In this document: piece after piece, positions 1 to 9,665 of the stretch
Position numbering within the stretch: the first letter of the stretch is position 1
How the letters are laid out: each line of letters opens with the position of its first letter
Assembly (NCBI GenBank): GCA_965250005.1
Contig: OZ252279.1
Span: forward strand, 1,920,001-1,952,000
DNA: 32,000 nucleotides
Source: Demequinaceae bacterium
Lineage (GTDB): Bacteria; Actinomycetota; Actinomycetes; Actinomycetales; Demequinaceae
Direction: 5' to 3'
The notes under the pieces: generated by a model
Told to the model about the DNA's origin: nothing
The model's input: only the letters and a program-made list of their open reading frames with translations
Database searches by the model: none
Position numbers and translations under genes: made by a program

Positions 1-1200
1 CTTGGAATTCGCAACGCCGACGGCTCAGACTCTGAGGAGATCAGCCCTCATCGAGTCGACATGGCAGCTGTGAACGCGCGGATCCGCAAGCTCGTCGGGA
101 AGCAAACAGGTGACATTCGCGCGCGTCTTGAGTCCGACGGCGTCAGCATCGTTGAGGGCGAAGGCCGCATGGTGGGGCCTTTCAGTGTCGCGGTCCGGGA
201 CGAGCAGATCGAATCCGACGTCACGCTGCTCGCGCTCGGGGCCAGGCCTCGCGTGCTGCCGGCGGCACTCCCTGACGGCGACCGCATCTTCACCTGGACG
301 CAGCTCTATGAGCTCACGGAGGTCCCCGAGCGGCTGGTGGTGGTCGGCTCAGGCGTGACCGGGGCAGAGTTCGCTGGCGCCTACCAACTTCTCGGCTCCC
401 ATGTCACGCTCGTATCCTCCTCAGATCGCGTTCTGGGAAAGCAGGACCCTGAGGCCGCGCAGTTCATCCAGGACGTCTTCGATGGCCGTGGAATGACGAT
501 GGTGACGGGGTCACATGCCGCGACGGTCGAGAACGTTGGCACGGGGGTCAAAGTCACGTTGGTCGACGGCCGGATCGTCGAGGGCTCGCACTGCCTCATG
601 GCGGTCGGCTCAGTTCCGAATACCGACGGTGTGGGCCTGGAAAACGCGGGTATCGCCGTAGACGAGCACGGGTTCGTTGCGGTGGACCGCGTATCGCGCA
701 CGAGCGTGCGCGGCGTCTACGCCGCCGGTGATTGCACGGGACTACTGCCCCTGGCGTCTGTAGCGGCCATGCAGGGCCGCATAGCGGTTGCTCACGCGCT
801 CGGCGACGCCGTGCAGCCGATCGAACTGTCCCACGTGGCCGCGAACGTCTTCACCACCCCGGAGATCGCGACGGTGGGTGCTACCGAGCAGCAGCTCAAG
901 GATCGAGGCATTTTCTACAAGGTCTCGCGACTGGAGTTCGCGCGCAACCCCCGCGCCAAAATGCTCGGAATTGATCACGGATTCGTGAAGATCTTTGGCC
1001 ACACGGTCACCGGCATGGTGCTGGGTGCGGTGATCGTCGGCCCGCGAGCGGGCGAACACATTTTCCCGTTGGCGCTCGCCGTCACGCACCGTCTTACGGT
1101 CGACGATGTCGCTTCCACATTTACCGTGTACCCGTCGCTCAACGGCACGATCGCTGAGGCCGCGCGTCGGCTGCACAACATGACCGATCCCACGCGCTGA
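1..1200 (+). CDS. lpdA: NAD(P)H-quinone dehydrogenase LpdA-like flavoprotein disulfide reductase, 5' truncated by window edge
   Basis: Frame 1 is open from base 1 (LGIRNADGSDSEEISPHRVDMAAVNARIRKL...). Motifs VVVGSGVTGAEFAGAY, GIYAAGDCTGLLPLASVAAMQGR-like stretch (GVYAAGDCTGLLPLASVAAMQGR), and C-terminal dimerisation domain. Confidence 0.88.
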   Translation, partial: LGIRNADGSDSEEISPHRVDMAAVNARIRKLVGKQTGDIRARLESDGVSIVEGEGRMVGPFSVAVRDEQIESDVTLLALGARPRVLPAALPDGDRIFTWTQLYELTEVPERLVVVGSGVTGAEFAGAYQLLGSHVTLVSSSDRVLGKQDPEAAQFIQDVFDGRGMTMVTGSHAATVENVGTGVKVTLVDGRIVEGSHCLMAVGSVPNTDGVGLENAGIAVDEHGFVAVDRVSRTSVRGVYAAGDCTGLLPLASVAAMQGRIAVAHALGDAVQPIELSHVAANVFTTPEIATVGATEQQLKDRGIFYKVSRLEFARNPRAKMLGIDHGFVKIFGHTVTGMVLGAVIVGPRAGEHIFPLALAVTHRLTVDDVASTFTVYPSLNGTIAEAARRLHNMTDPTR

Positions 1201-1215
1201 CCCGACACACGAACG

Positions 1216-1255
1216 CAGCAGCGGCGACCGCCCCGAAGAGCTGCCGCCGCTGCTG
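1216..1255. terminator. Bidirectional intrinsic-type terminator between convergent genes
   Basis: Perfect 11-bp inverted repeat CAGCAGCGGCG (1216-1226) / CGCCGCTGCTG (1245-1255) in the gap between convergent stops at 1200 and 1267. No strong U-tract. Confidence 0.6.
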
Positions 1256-1266
1256 AGAAGCAGTTG

Positions 1267-3162
1267 CTAGTTGTCGACAGCCACCGTGAAGCTGAAGCTG
1301 AAGTGATCTGACAGCGGAGAGTCGCCAATCACAAAATCGGTGATGGTGACGCCCTCGTAGAACGCGTAGTCGATCCGCGCGTGGAAGTCGGCACCGTTGT
1401 AGGTGTCCGCCTCGCCAACGAGATCGTCCTGAGCGCTAGCGAACCGCTCGAGCATGAGCTCGATGACTTCGCTCTCGGGGGTGTCGTTGAAGTCGCCAGC
1501 GACCACAGCAGCGGGCGCATCGGACACCTCGGCAAGGAACGCCTCGGCCTGCTCTACGCGCGTCGAGTCGTCGTCCTTGTGCTGCAGGTGGATTGCCGTG
1601 AACTGGATTGGACCCGAAGCCGTTTCGATGCTCGCGACCATCGCCGATCGACCCTGCGGGCCCGTTCCATAAGGAAGCGTGATGCGTTGCACGTCAGTGA
1701 ATTCGTAGCGCGAGAGGATCGCGTTTCCGAACTGGTGGTCGTGGGCGCCTACGTACACGTAGTGCATGTTGAGTGCATCGGCGAGGTACTGGAGTATGTC
1801 TGTTCCGCCAGCGAGGATCCAGCCGCGCGTCACCTCTTGGATCATGACAACGTCGGGGTTCTGGGACGCGATTTCTGCGGCGATCGCATCGAGATCGACG
1901 TCTGGTCCGCCCCCAAGTCCGGGAGTGACGCCGTAGTGAACGTTCCAGGACACCATCTTGAGTTCGCTGGGAAGCCCCGACGGGGCACTCCCGGCTCCGT
2001 TGAATGTCAGCAAGGTGAAGGCGCCAATGAGAACGGAGGCGACCGCCAGGATTCCTGTACGCAGCCGGTACCCGGTGGCTGCCGCGATGAGGGTTCTTGA
2101 TGCCTGTTGAGCGCGCGACCGCACAACTGCTCCTCCAGCGATGGCGAACGCAGAGATCACAATGATCAGCAGATGCGGAATGCCAAGCGGCATGTCGTAG
2201 TCGAGCTGCACGAGCATGAACGGCAGGAGTGCGAGCACGCCGAACGCGGCGGCGGCGCCGAGGAAGCGGGGGCCAGACTTGGCGCCCTCCGCCGCGACGC
2301 TCAGCGCACGGCTGGTCAAATACGTGGTGGTCGCGATGGCAACGGGGGCCATAACAACCAAGACAGCGCCCTGGAAGCTGACGAGCGTCCACACCGCGAG
2401 AACGGCAGTAGCGCCGAGTGCGGCCACCGCTGCCATGGGGAGGTTTGGCATGCGTGCGGCAAGGTACATGCCCGCACCCAAGCCGGTTGCCGACAGCACA
2501 ATTGCGACCCCCAGGTGGAAGCCAGACTGACTTGACATGAACGCGAGGTTTGCAAACGCGAACGCCAGGATCGAGAACCACAGTCCATACGCCCATAGCC
2601 CGCGGACCGGGCGCTCGGAAGTGTCGTTGCGTGTGCGCCAGGCCGTCCACAGGAGAGACGCACACAGGAGCGCAGTGAAGCCGATCGCCAAAATGTCGTC
2701 CCGCCAGATGGCGTCCCACGTGACCAGGATGCCCTGTTCGAGCACCGCGACGATCGCGCCTAGTCCGCTCGCGGCCATGATGGTGGGTGCGCCGCCGGAG
2801 GCGCCGGCACCCCTCACGGCTAGCAGCAGCAGTTCCACTGACATGGCCATGGCGATGAGGCCGTACAGCACCAGGGCTTCGCCCTCAAGGAACGGAAGCA
2901 GGATGCGCAGCACCACAAGCGCCGCGGCCTGCGCGAGGATCACGTTTCCGTGTCCAATGCGTCGGCCAATGAGCGTGGCGAAGTATGCGAGCACGCCTCC
3001 GCCCGCGAACGTGGCGAAGGCGGCGCCAGCCGCGACTTCCACGCCAATGTCGAACAGGTCTGAGATCAGCGGTCCGGCAAAGCGGATCAGGTCAATTGTG
3101 AGCCAGGTGGCGACGGCTACGAGGCCGATTACACGTCTTTGAGTTCCAGTCATGGATGCCAC
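1267..3162 (-). CDS. Polytopic membrane protein with C-terminal endonuclease/exonuclease/phosphatase (EEP) domain
   Basis: 631 aa; many hydrophobic segments then EEP motifs MVSWNVHYG, DVVMIQEV, VVAGDFNDTP, RIDYAFY, SDHFSF. Confidence 0.85.
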   Translation of the reverse strand: MASMTGTQRRVIGLVAVATWLTIDLIRFAGPLISDLFDIGVEVAAGAAFATFAGGGVLAYFATLIGRRIGHGNVILAQAAALVVLRILLPFLEGEALVLYGLIAMAMSVELLLLAVRGAGASGGAPTIMAASGLGAIVAVLEQGILVTWDAIWRDDILAIGFTALLCASLLWTAWRTRNDTSERPVRGLWAYGLWFSILAFAFANLAFMSSQSGFHLGVAIVLSATGLGAGMYLAARMPNLPMAAVAALGATAVLAVWTLVSFQGAVLVVMAPVAIATTTYLTSRALSVAAEGAKSGPRFLGAAAAFGVLALLPFMLVQLDYDMPLGIPHLLIIVISAFAIAGGAVVRSRAQQASRTLIAAATGYRLRTGILAVASVLIGAFTLLTFNGAGSAPSGLPSELKMVSWNVHYGVTPGLGGGPDVDLDAIAAEIASQNPDVVMIQEVTRGWILAGGTDILQYLADALNMHYVYVGAHDHQFGNAILSRYEFTDVQRITLPYGTGPQGRSAMVASIETASGPIQFTAIHLQHKDDDSTRVEQAEAFLAEVSDAPAAVVAGDFNDTPESEVIELMLERFASAQDDLVGEADTYNGADFHARIDYAFYEGVTITDFVIGDSPLSDHFSFSFTVAVDN

Positions 3163-3227
3163 GCTACATGCAATGTGCCCTCGACTGGGGTGCGCCCGTA
3201 GAAGTCGCGGCTAACGCCCTCGACCGG

Positions 3228-5009
3228 CTACTCTGCGTCTTCGATGTCGCAGATTGTGGTTCCGGCGCTGACCGTGGCGCCCATCTCCGCTTTCAGGTTC
3301 GCGATGGTGCCAGCCTTGTGCGCCACCAGCGGCTGCTCCATCTTCATCGCCTCGAGAACCACGATGAGGTCGCCCTCGGCCACGGTCGCGCCCTCCGCGA
3401 CGGCTACTTTGACTATGGTGCCCTGCATCGGAGATGTGAGGGTCTTGCCTGAGGGGGCAATTTTCGCGGTGCCGTTCTTGCGGCCCCGCCGAGCCGGGCC
3501 TCCGGACTTCTGGCCGGCCCGTCCAGCGCGGGCGAGCCCGGCAGGGAGGACGACTTCAATGCGCTTGCCGCCAACCTCGACGACCACGCGCTCGGTAGCC
3601 TGGCTTTCCTCCGTGGCTGCCCCTCCAGGACCAGACTTGCCGAGGGCCGCCACGGTCTCGGCGAAGTCGGATTCGATCCACGTGGTGAAGACTCCGAAGT
3701 TGCCGTCTGCGGCGATAAACTCTGGTGCGTTGAGGACGGCGCGGTGGAAAGACAACACCGTGGGAATGCCCTCGACGTTCATTTCAGCGAGCGCCCGGCG
3801 CGCGCGCGCGAGCGCCTGCTCGCGGGTCGCACCCGTAACGATGACCTTGGCAATCATCGAGTCGAAGGCACCGGAGACCGTGTCACCCTGGACTACGCCA
3901 GCGTCGACGCGAACACCCGGGCCCGATGGCATCGCGAGTCGGTTGATACGTCCTGGCGCTGGCATGAATCCGGCGCCCGGGTCCTCGCCGTTGATGCGGA
4001 ACTCAAAGGAGTGGCCCCGGACCACGGGGTCAAGGACGGAGATGGGCTCTCCGGCGGCGATGCGGAACTGTTCGCGCACCAGGTCGACGCCGGTGACCTC
4101 TTCCGACACAGGGTGCTCCACCTGCAGCCGTGTGTTGACCTCCAGGAAGGAAATTGTGCCGTCCGTGCCGACCAGGAACTCGCACGTGCCCGCGCCTTCG
4201 TAGTTGGCCTCGCGGAGGATGTTTTTGGACGATTCGATCAGCTGCGCGTTCTGATCGTCTGTCAGGAACGGCGCGGGGGCCTCCTCCACAAGCTTCTGGT
4301 GGCGACGTTGCAGCGAGCAGTCGCGGGTAGAGACCACGACGACGTTGCCGTGGCTGTCAGCGAGGCATTGGGTTTCTACGTGACGGGGGCGGTCAAGGAA
4401 TCGCTCGACAAAGCACTCGCCGCGACCGAACGCGGAGATCGCCTCGCGCACGGCTGACTCGTAGAGCTCGGTGATGTCCTCTTTGGCGCGGGCCACCTTG
4501 AGGCCGCGGCCTCCGCCACCGAACGCCGCTTTGATAGCGACCGGGAGCCCGAACTCGTCAGCGAACGCGTGGACATCGTCGGCGGTCTTGACGGGTTCTT
4601 TGGTGCCGGGCACCAATGGTGCGCCCGCCCGCTGCGCGATGTGTCGCGCCGAGACCTTGTCCCCGAGACTGTCGATTGCGTCCGGTGACGGGCCGATCCA
4701 TGTGATTCCTGCGCCGATAATCGCGCGCGCGAAGTCGGCGTTCTCAGCGAGGAAGCCATAGCCAGGGTGGATTGCCTGCGCGCCGGAGCGCTGAGCGACT
4801 TCGACAATCTTCCCGATGTCGAGATACGTCTGAGCCGCCGTCTCGCCATCGAGGCTGAAGGCTTCGTCAGCGAGAGCCACGAACTGGGCGTCGCGATCCG
4901 GCTCGGCGTAGACGGCAACGGAGCGGAGTCCGGCGTCCTTGCATGCTCGAATAATGCGTACGGCGATTTCGCCTCGGTTTGCGATGAGGACGGAGTCGAA
5001 TGTTGGCAC
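3228..5009 (-). CDS. accA3: Acyl-CoA (acetyl/propionyl) carboxylase alpha subunit: biotin carboxylase plus biotin carboxyl carrier domain
   Basis: 593 aa; [44 protein letters not shown], and C-terminal biotinylation motif [10 protein letters not shown]. Confidence 0.94.
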   Translation of the reverse strand: MPTFDSVLIANRGEIAVRIIRACKDAGLRSVAVYAEPDRDAQFVALADEAFSLDGETAAQTYLDIGKIVEVAQRSGAQAIHPGYGFLAENADFARAIIGAGITWIGPSPDAIDSLGDKVSARHIAQRAGAPLVPGTKEPVKTADDVHAFADEFGLPVAIKAAFGGGGRGLKVARAKEDITELYESAVREAISAFGRGECFVERFLDRPRHVETQCLADSHGNVVVVSTRDCSLQRRHQKLVEEAPAPFLTDDQNAQLIESSKNILREANYEGAGTCEFLVGTDGTISFLEVNTRLQVEHPVSEEVTGVDLVREQFRIAAGEPISVLDPVVRGHSFEFRINGEDPGAGFMPAPGRINRLAMPSGPGVRVDAGVVQGDTVSGAFDSMIAKVIVTGATREQALARARRALAEMNVEGIPTVLSFHRAVLNAPEFIAADGNFGVFTTWIESDFAETVAALGKSGPGGAATEESQATERVVVEVGGKRIEVVLPAGLARAGRAGQKSGGPARRGRKNGTAKIAPSGKTLTSPMQGTIVKVAVAEGATVAEGDLIVVLEAMKMEQPLVAHKAGTIANLKAEMGATVSAGTTICDIEDAE

Positions 5010-5174
5010 TGGCTCACGGTATCGCGCTTGCGACGCGTGTGACGAGTTGCGAGGTCAGCACTCGGGCAAGTTTGGACGGGGGGCTAACGCCGAATGGAGG
5101 CGTTTGTAGGTATCAGCTAATAGAAGCGGGCGTAATGGTGGCTACGCGCGCGTAAGTTGTACTGGATCCACAAT

Positions 5175-5807
5175 TCAGCTGGATTGCCAGAGTTCGTGGA
5201 TGCTCACCTCAACGTCGCCTAGCAGGCGGCGCAGTAGTGGGAGGCTCACGCCGACGACGCCGTGGTGATCGCCTTCAATGCGATCGACAAACGGCCCGCC
5301 GAGCCCGTCGATGGTGAAGGCGCCAGCAACATTGAGCGGTTCGCCAGTCGCCACGTAAGCGGTGATCTCCTCGTCGCTCAGGTTCGCAAAGTGGACGGTG
5401 GTGGCGGATGCAGCCACCGCACCGCGGGAGGTTCCGCCGCTTCGGTTGTCGATGAGGCAGTGCCCAGTATGGAGTACCCCCGAGCGGCCGCGCATGTGTC
5501 GCCACCGTTCCTGGGCAGTCGCCGCGTCACGCGGCTTGCCAACCACGTCGCCGTCGATCTCGAGCATGGAGTCGCACCCAAGGACGAGGGCGTCTGGGTT
5601 GTGCGTTGTCGCGACGTCGGCGGCCTTTTCGCGCGCCAGCAATTCGACGACAACTGCGGGGGCGAGGTCCGTGAGGCCATCGTCTGCGGCGACCAGAACC
5701 GCGTCCTCGTCGACGTTGGAGACAAGGACGGTTGGCCTGATCCCCGCCGCACGCAGCGTGGTGAGGCGGGCGGGCGATGCGGAAGCGAGGACGAGGGAGA
5801 TTGGCAT
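5175..5807 (-). CDS. maf: Maf-family nucleoside triphosphate pyrophosphatase
   Basis: 210 aa; N-terminal LVLASASPARLTTLRAAGI, LGCDSM and GEPLNVAGAFTIDGLGG motifs. Confidence 0.88.
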   Translation of the reverse strand: MPISLVLASASPARLTTLRAAGIRPTVLVSNVDEDAVLVAADDGLTDLAPAVVVELLAREKAADVATTHNPDALVLGCDSMLEIDGDVVGKPRDAATAQERWRHMRGRSGVLHTGHCLIDNRSGGTSRGAVAASATTVHFANLSDEEITAYVATGEPLNVAGAFTIDGLGGPFVDRIEGDHHGVVGVSLPLLRRLLGDVEVSIHELWQSS

Positions 5808-5936
5808 CCCGCTAGCCTAGCCAGCGGCTACGGGTGCAGGTGGGCAATGGAGCTCACCGCGACCTCTCAAGCCCGTCGTTACAGGTGGCGAGCGGTGACA
5901 ACTGACCATCGCGGCAGCCAGCCGCCGCGATGCGGA

Positions 5937-6680
5937 CTAGGGCTTGACGCCATAGTGGATGGCGACAATACCGAAGAGCTTCTTGATGTGTTCCGTCTCG
6001 GTGTAGCCGGCGGCATCCATTTTCTCCTGGAGGAGATTCCGGTTCGGGTGCATGCGGATGGATTCAGCTAGGTAGCGATAGCTAGCGGCATCGTTGAGAA
6101 TCAGCTTTCCCATGAGCGGGAGCACCGCGAACGAGTACGCGTCGTATAGCGGCTTCACGGGTGCCGAAACGGGGTGGGAAAACTCGAGGATTGTTATGCG
6201 CCCGCCGGGCTTGAGTACGCGCTTGATTGACTCGAAGGTGCGGGTTTGGTCGGTGACGTTTCGGAGCCCGAAGGACATGGTGACCACGTCAAAACTGTTG
6301 TCATCAAAGGGGAGGGATTCAGCGTCGGCCTCCACGAACGCGAAGTTGCCGGCGACGCCGTGCTTTTCAATCTTTCGCTTGGCGGCAGACAGCATCGAGT
6401 CGTTGATGTCAGACAGGATTACCTTGCCGTCGAGGCTGACCTTGCGCGCGAGCCGGATGGCGATGTCGCCGGTACCGCTCGCGACGTCGAGAACCGCATC
6501 GCCGCGCTTCGCTCCGGTGAGTTTGATGGCTGCGCGCTTCCAGAGCCGGTGGAGCCCGAGCGTCATGATGTCGTTCATGACGTCGTACCTATAGGCGACG
6601 GAGTGAAACACGCGGGCGACGAGGTCTGCTTTTTTGTTGGCCTCTACCGACGTGAAGCCAAAGTGCGTGAAATCAGTCAT
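5937..6680 (-). CDS. menG: Demethylmenaquinone methyltransferase (MenG/UbiE family)
   Basis: 247 aa; YDVMNDIMTLGLHRLWKR, VLDVASGTGDIAIRLAR, VTMSFGLRNV, KPGGRITILEFSHP. Confidence 0.93.
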   Translation of the reverse strand: MTDFTHFGFTSVEANKKADLVARVFHSVAYRYDVMNDIMTLGLHRLWKRAAIKLTGAKRGDAVLDVASGTGDIAIRLARKVSLDGKVILSDINDSMLSAAKRKIEKHGVAGNFAFVEADAESLPFDDNSFDVVTMSFGLRNVTDQTRTFESIKRVLKPGGRITILEFSHPVSAPVKPLYDAYSFAVLPLMGKLILNDAASYRYLAESIRMHPNRNLLQEKMDAAGYTETEHIKKLFGIVAIHYGVKP

Positions 6681-6897
6681 GGACGGGCCTCCCTTTCCAA
6701 CGAGCCCGCCGCGCGTTCGAGGTGACGCGACGGGGCTTGGTCATGCGAGAACTACTTAGGCCCACACTACTTTGTGCAAGGTGGGGTGGCTCGGGGACTT
6801 GGTCCCTGGTTTGCGAACTGTCTGGGCGTACCGTTGGGCCGCGAGCGGCACCTCCCATGGCTGTGTGGGTCCTGCGTATTGAGTTTTGTTTTGGGGA

Positions 6898-7125
6898 CTA
6901 CGGAGTTGGGGCGGTGGCGCCGACGAGCGGGCACCCTGCACACGCCCGGGGGACGACGACCGGGCCACACGCTCCGCATGCCTGGGCGGGCGAGATCAGA
7001 TCGAGGCGAACCGCCTCGTCGACCATGGCGTTCACCAGGTCAGGAGCGATTCCCAGCTGCCGCGCGACGGCGGCGGGCGAGTCGTCGGCGCGGGTGGCTG
7101 CGAGCACCGCATAAAAGGTGGTCAT
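6898..7125 (-). CDS. Small FeoC-like protein of the feo cluster
   Basis: 75 aa (MTTFYAVLAATRADDSPAAVARQLGIAPDLVNAMVDEAVRLDLI...CGACGPVVVPRACAGCP): helix-turn-helix-like region plus four Cys in the C-terminus. The ATG at 7125 overlaps the feoB stop as ATGA. Start chosen inside the 6898..7254 ORF. Confidence 0.65.
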   Translation of the reverse strand: MTTFYAVLAATRADDSPAAVARQLGIAPDLVNAMVDEAVRLDLISPAQACGACGPVVVPRACAGCPLVGATAPTP

Positions 7126-9014
7126 ATCAGCACCCGGCTCACCTGGAAGACGGCAACGGCGAGCGACCACGCGACGGTGAGCTGAACGCCGAACGCGGTG
7201 AAGGCTCGAGCCGTACCGAGCTGGCGGCGCTGCTCGGCGAGCGTCGCGACGCACGGCGTGTACGCGAGCACGAACACCATGAACGCGAGCGCGGCCGCAT
7301 CGGTCGCCCCATCCGACGATTCGCGCACAGTCTCTTGTAGCAGTGGCGACAGATCGCTGATCGCTCCGCTCCCGTCGTCCCCGTGGGATTGAGCGAGCGC
7401 GCCCACGACCGCCTCTCGCGCGGCGAGCCCCGTCATGAGCGCGGAAGTCAGGCGCCAGTCGTCAAGGCCAGCTGGCTCCATCACCGGCACCAGTGCCTGG
7501 GCGGCCACGCCCCACGCGCTGTCTTCAGGTGGCGCCTCGCCAAAGCCATACTCGGTGCTGACGGGGACCGCTGTGAGTAGCCACATGGCCACGAGCGCAG
7601 CGACGATCACCGCGCCCGCGCGCCTGACGAACATGCGCACGCGCACGAGCGCGTCGCCAAGCAGGGGCCGCGGAGCTGGCAGCTGATACGGCGGCAGGAC
7701 GAGGACCAAAGGCGCGCGCGTGGCAGTTCCGGACTGGGCAGAGCGCATCAGCAATCCCCCGAAGACCACCAGGGCGACGCTCAGCAGGTACATCGCGAAG
7801 ACGGCTGTCCCGGCGCGGCCGGGGAAGAACGCAGTCGCGATGAACAGAAACACTGTGAGGCGCGCGCTGCACGCGGTGTACGGCACCAGCAGCCCTGCGA
7901 CCAGCCGATGGCGCGCGTGGGGCAGCGCGCGCGTTGCCGCGAGGGCAGGAACATTGCAACCGAAGCCGACGATCATCGGCAGGACGGCGCGACCGTCGAG
8001 TCCGATTCTGCGCATCGCCGCATCCGCCACTACGGCGGCGCGCGTAAGGTAACCGCTCGTGTCGAGCGCTGCGATGGCCACGAACGTAATTGCCATGAGC
8101 GGCACAAACGCGGCTACCGTTGCGACGCCGACGAGCACCCCGTCCACCAGTAGGCCCTCGAGCCACGTTCCGCGTCCGCCAATCGCGCCAAGCGCGTCAC
8201 GTGCGGCCTCGACCAGGGGCTTCTCAACAATCCACGTCGCGGCGTCCATGAGCGGTTGCGCGACGAGGGTGACCAACTCAAACATCCCATAGAGCACAGC
8301 CAGGAATATGGGTACGCCGATTGCCGGGCGAAGGAGGTAGGAGTCGATCGCATCCGTCGCCGTGCGGCGCGGGCCGGACGCCGTAGGCATGCTGGCGACG
8401 ATGCCGTCGACCCATTCGAAGAGGCGCGCCGCTCTCGCCTCGGGTGTCTCCTCTGGGGCACTGGCGCCTCCTAGGGACGAGGCTCCGCTCGCGAGAGCTC
8501 CCGCCAGGTCATCGAGTCCCGACCGGTGGCGGCCATCGACCTCGACAACCGGAACGCCGAGCGCCTCCTCGAGCAGTTCTGGTGTGAGCGTCCCACCGCG
8601 CCGACTCACGATGTCGCACTTGGTGAGCGCGACGGCGACGCGCACGCCCGCATCTGTCACCTGCGCGAGCAGGTATAGCGAGCCGGACAGCGCGGTGGCA
8701 TCAACGACGACGATGGCTACCGAATCGGGCCCTGCGTTGGCGATTGCTTGCGCCGCGACCGCTTCGTCTGGCGAGGTCGCGGTGAGGCTGTAGGTGCCGG
8801 GAAGATCTGTCAGGTCGACGGGCCCGGCGTGCGTGGACCAGCGGCCGTGGTTGAGTTCGACGGTGGTGCCAGGCGCGTTTACCGCGCGTTGACGTGCGCC
8901 GGTGAGGGCGTTGAAGAGGGTGGACTTGCCGGCGTTTGGGACGCCCACGAGCAGGGTTTGACGGGCGTCCCGAGCGCGCCGGCGCAGCACCCGCTCCCGC
9001 CGCTGCGCGGTCAC
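7122..9014 (-). CDS. feoB: Ferrous iron transport protein B
   Basis: 630 aa; G1 motif GVPNAGKSTLFNALTG, DLPGTYSLTA, and polytopic domain with GFGCNVPA and YTPCVATLA. Confidence 0.95.
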   Translation of the reverse strand: MTAQRRERVLRRRARDARQTLLVGVPNAGKSTLFNALTGARQRAVNAPGTTVELNHGRWSTHAGPVDLTDLPGTYSLTATSPDEAVAAQAIANAGPDSVAIVVVDATALSGSLYLLAQVTDAGVRVAVALTKCDIVSRRGGTLTPELLEEALGVPVVEVDGRHRSGLDDLAGALASGASSLGGASAPEETPEARAARLFEWVDGIVASMPTASGPRRTATDAIDSYLLRPAIGVPIFLAVLYGMFELVTLVAQPLMDAATWIVEKPLVEAARDALGAIGGRGTWLEGLLVDGVLVGVATVAAFVPLMAITFVAIAALDTSGYLTRAAVVADAAMRRIGLDGRAVLPMIVGFGCNVPALAATRALPHARHRLVAGLLVPYTACSARLTVFLFIATAFFPGRAGTAVFAMYLLSVALVVFGGLLMRSAQSGTATRAPLVLVLPPYQLPAPRPLLGDALVRVRMFVRRAGAVIVAALVAMWLLTAVPVSTEYGFGEAPPEDSAWGVAAQALVPVMEPAGLDDWRLTSALMTGLAAREAVVGALAQSHGDDGSGAISDLSPLLQETVRESSDGATDAAALAFMVFVLAYTPCVATLAEQRRQLGTARAFTAFGVQLTVAWSLAVAVFQVSRVLI

Positions 9015-9241
9015 GTCGAACTCGCGTGCTCGACGTCGATGCCGCCCGCGGTCCGCCCGTCTAGGGCGAGGCGCGCGGAGCCGACCGCAATCAGCCGGCC
9101 GTCAAAGCCGGCGCGCTGGAGGACACGAATCACGGTGCCCGAACGTAGCCCCAACTCGCTCAAGCGCAGAGTAGCGCCGTCGTCGAGGCGCGATGCGCCG
9201 AGGCGCAGTTCCACGCCAATCGGGGCATCGGATAGTCGCAT
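9011..9241 (-). CDS. feoA: Ferrous iron transport protein A
   Basis: 76 aa SH3-like FeoA pattern (LSELGLRSGTVIRVLQRAGFDGRLIAVGSARLALDGRTAGGIDV); overlaps the feoB start by ATGA. Confidence 0.88.
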   Translation of the reverse strand: MRLSDAPIGVELRLGASRLDDGATLRLSELGLRSGTVIRVLQRAGFDGRLIAVGSARLALDGRTAGGIDVEHASST

Positions 9242-9257
9242 ATTCCAACCGTAGAAC

Positions 9258-9276
9258 TTAGGTGCGCCTTACCGGG
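9258..9276. promoter_or_regulatory. Candidate DtxR/IdeR iron box upstream of feoA
   Basis: TTAGGTGCGCCTTACCGGG, 13/19 by eye to TTAGGTTAGCCTAACCTAA, located 17 bp upstream of the feoA start. Confidence 0.6.
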
Positions 9277-9300
9277 GGGACCATGGTCCTCGCGACCGGG

Positions 9301-9657
9301 CTAGCCGGTGACGGTGAAGTCAACATCGAAGCCGTGCTCGGCGGCCTCGGGCTCGCATTCGACGATATACGTGCCTGCGGCGAGCGTGACAGTGAGGTCG
9401 CGGGTCAGGCCGGGGCCGATGTGCTCGACCTCTGCGACGATGCTCTCGTCCGGGTTGAGAACGTAGAGTTCGGTCTCGCTGGAGCCGTCGTTTTTCACTG
9501 AAAAGGTCACGTTTCCGGCGGGCGCCGTTGTCGCGGACAGGTCGCAGGCGGTATCTGTGGACGATACTGCAATCAGTTCGCCGTCGGCGGCGGGCGCACA
9601 CGCGGTGAGAGCGGACAGGGCTATTACGGCTGCGAGAGTGGGTAAACGGTGGGTCAT
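9301..9657 (-). CDS. Stand-alone cupredoxin-like lipoprotein (EfeO N-terminal-domain-like)
   Basis: 118 aa; lipobox LSALTAC; NVTFSVKNDGSSETELYVL..., AGTYIVECEPEAAEHGFDVDFTVTG resembles the EfeO cupredoxin domain, and no M75 peptidase-like domain is present. Confidence 0.75.
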   Translation of the reverse strand: MTHRLPTLAAVIALSALTACAPAADGELIAVSSTDTACDLSATTAPAGNVTFSVKNDGSSETELYVLNPDESIVAEVEHIGPGLTRDLTVTLAAGTYIVECEPEAAEHGFDVDFTVTG

Positions 9658-9665
9658 GGGGTTCC

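Noticed and set aside
3782-3830. GC-alternating run (gcgcgcgcgcgagcg) as a possible repeat or CRISPR-like element
   Set aside because: Short, single, and inside the accA3 coding sequence; codon-level GC bias explains it. No spaced repeats anywhere in the window.
3744-4457. 237-aa ORF on + strand opposite accA3
   Set aside because: High-GC shadow ORF antisense to a confidently assigned gene; product has no family resemblance.
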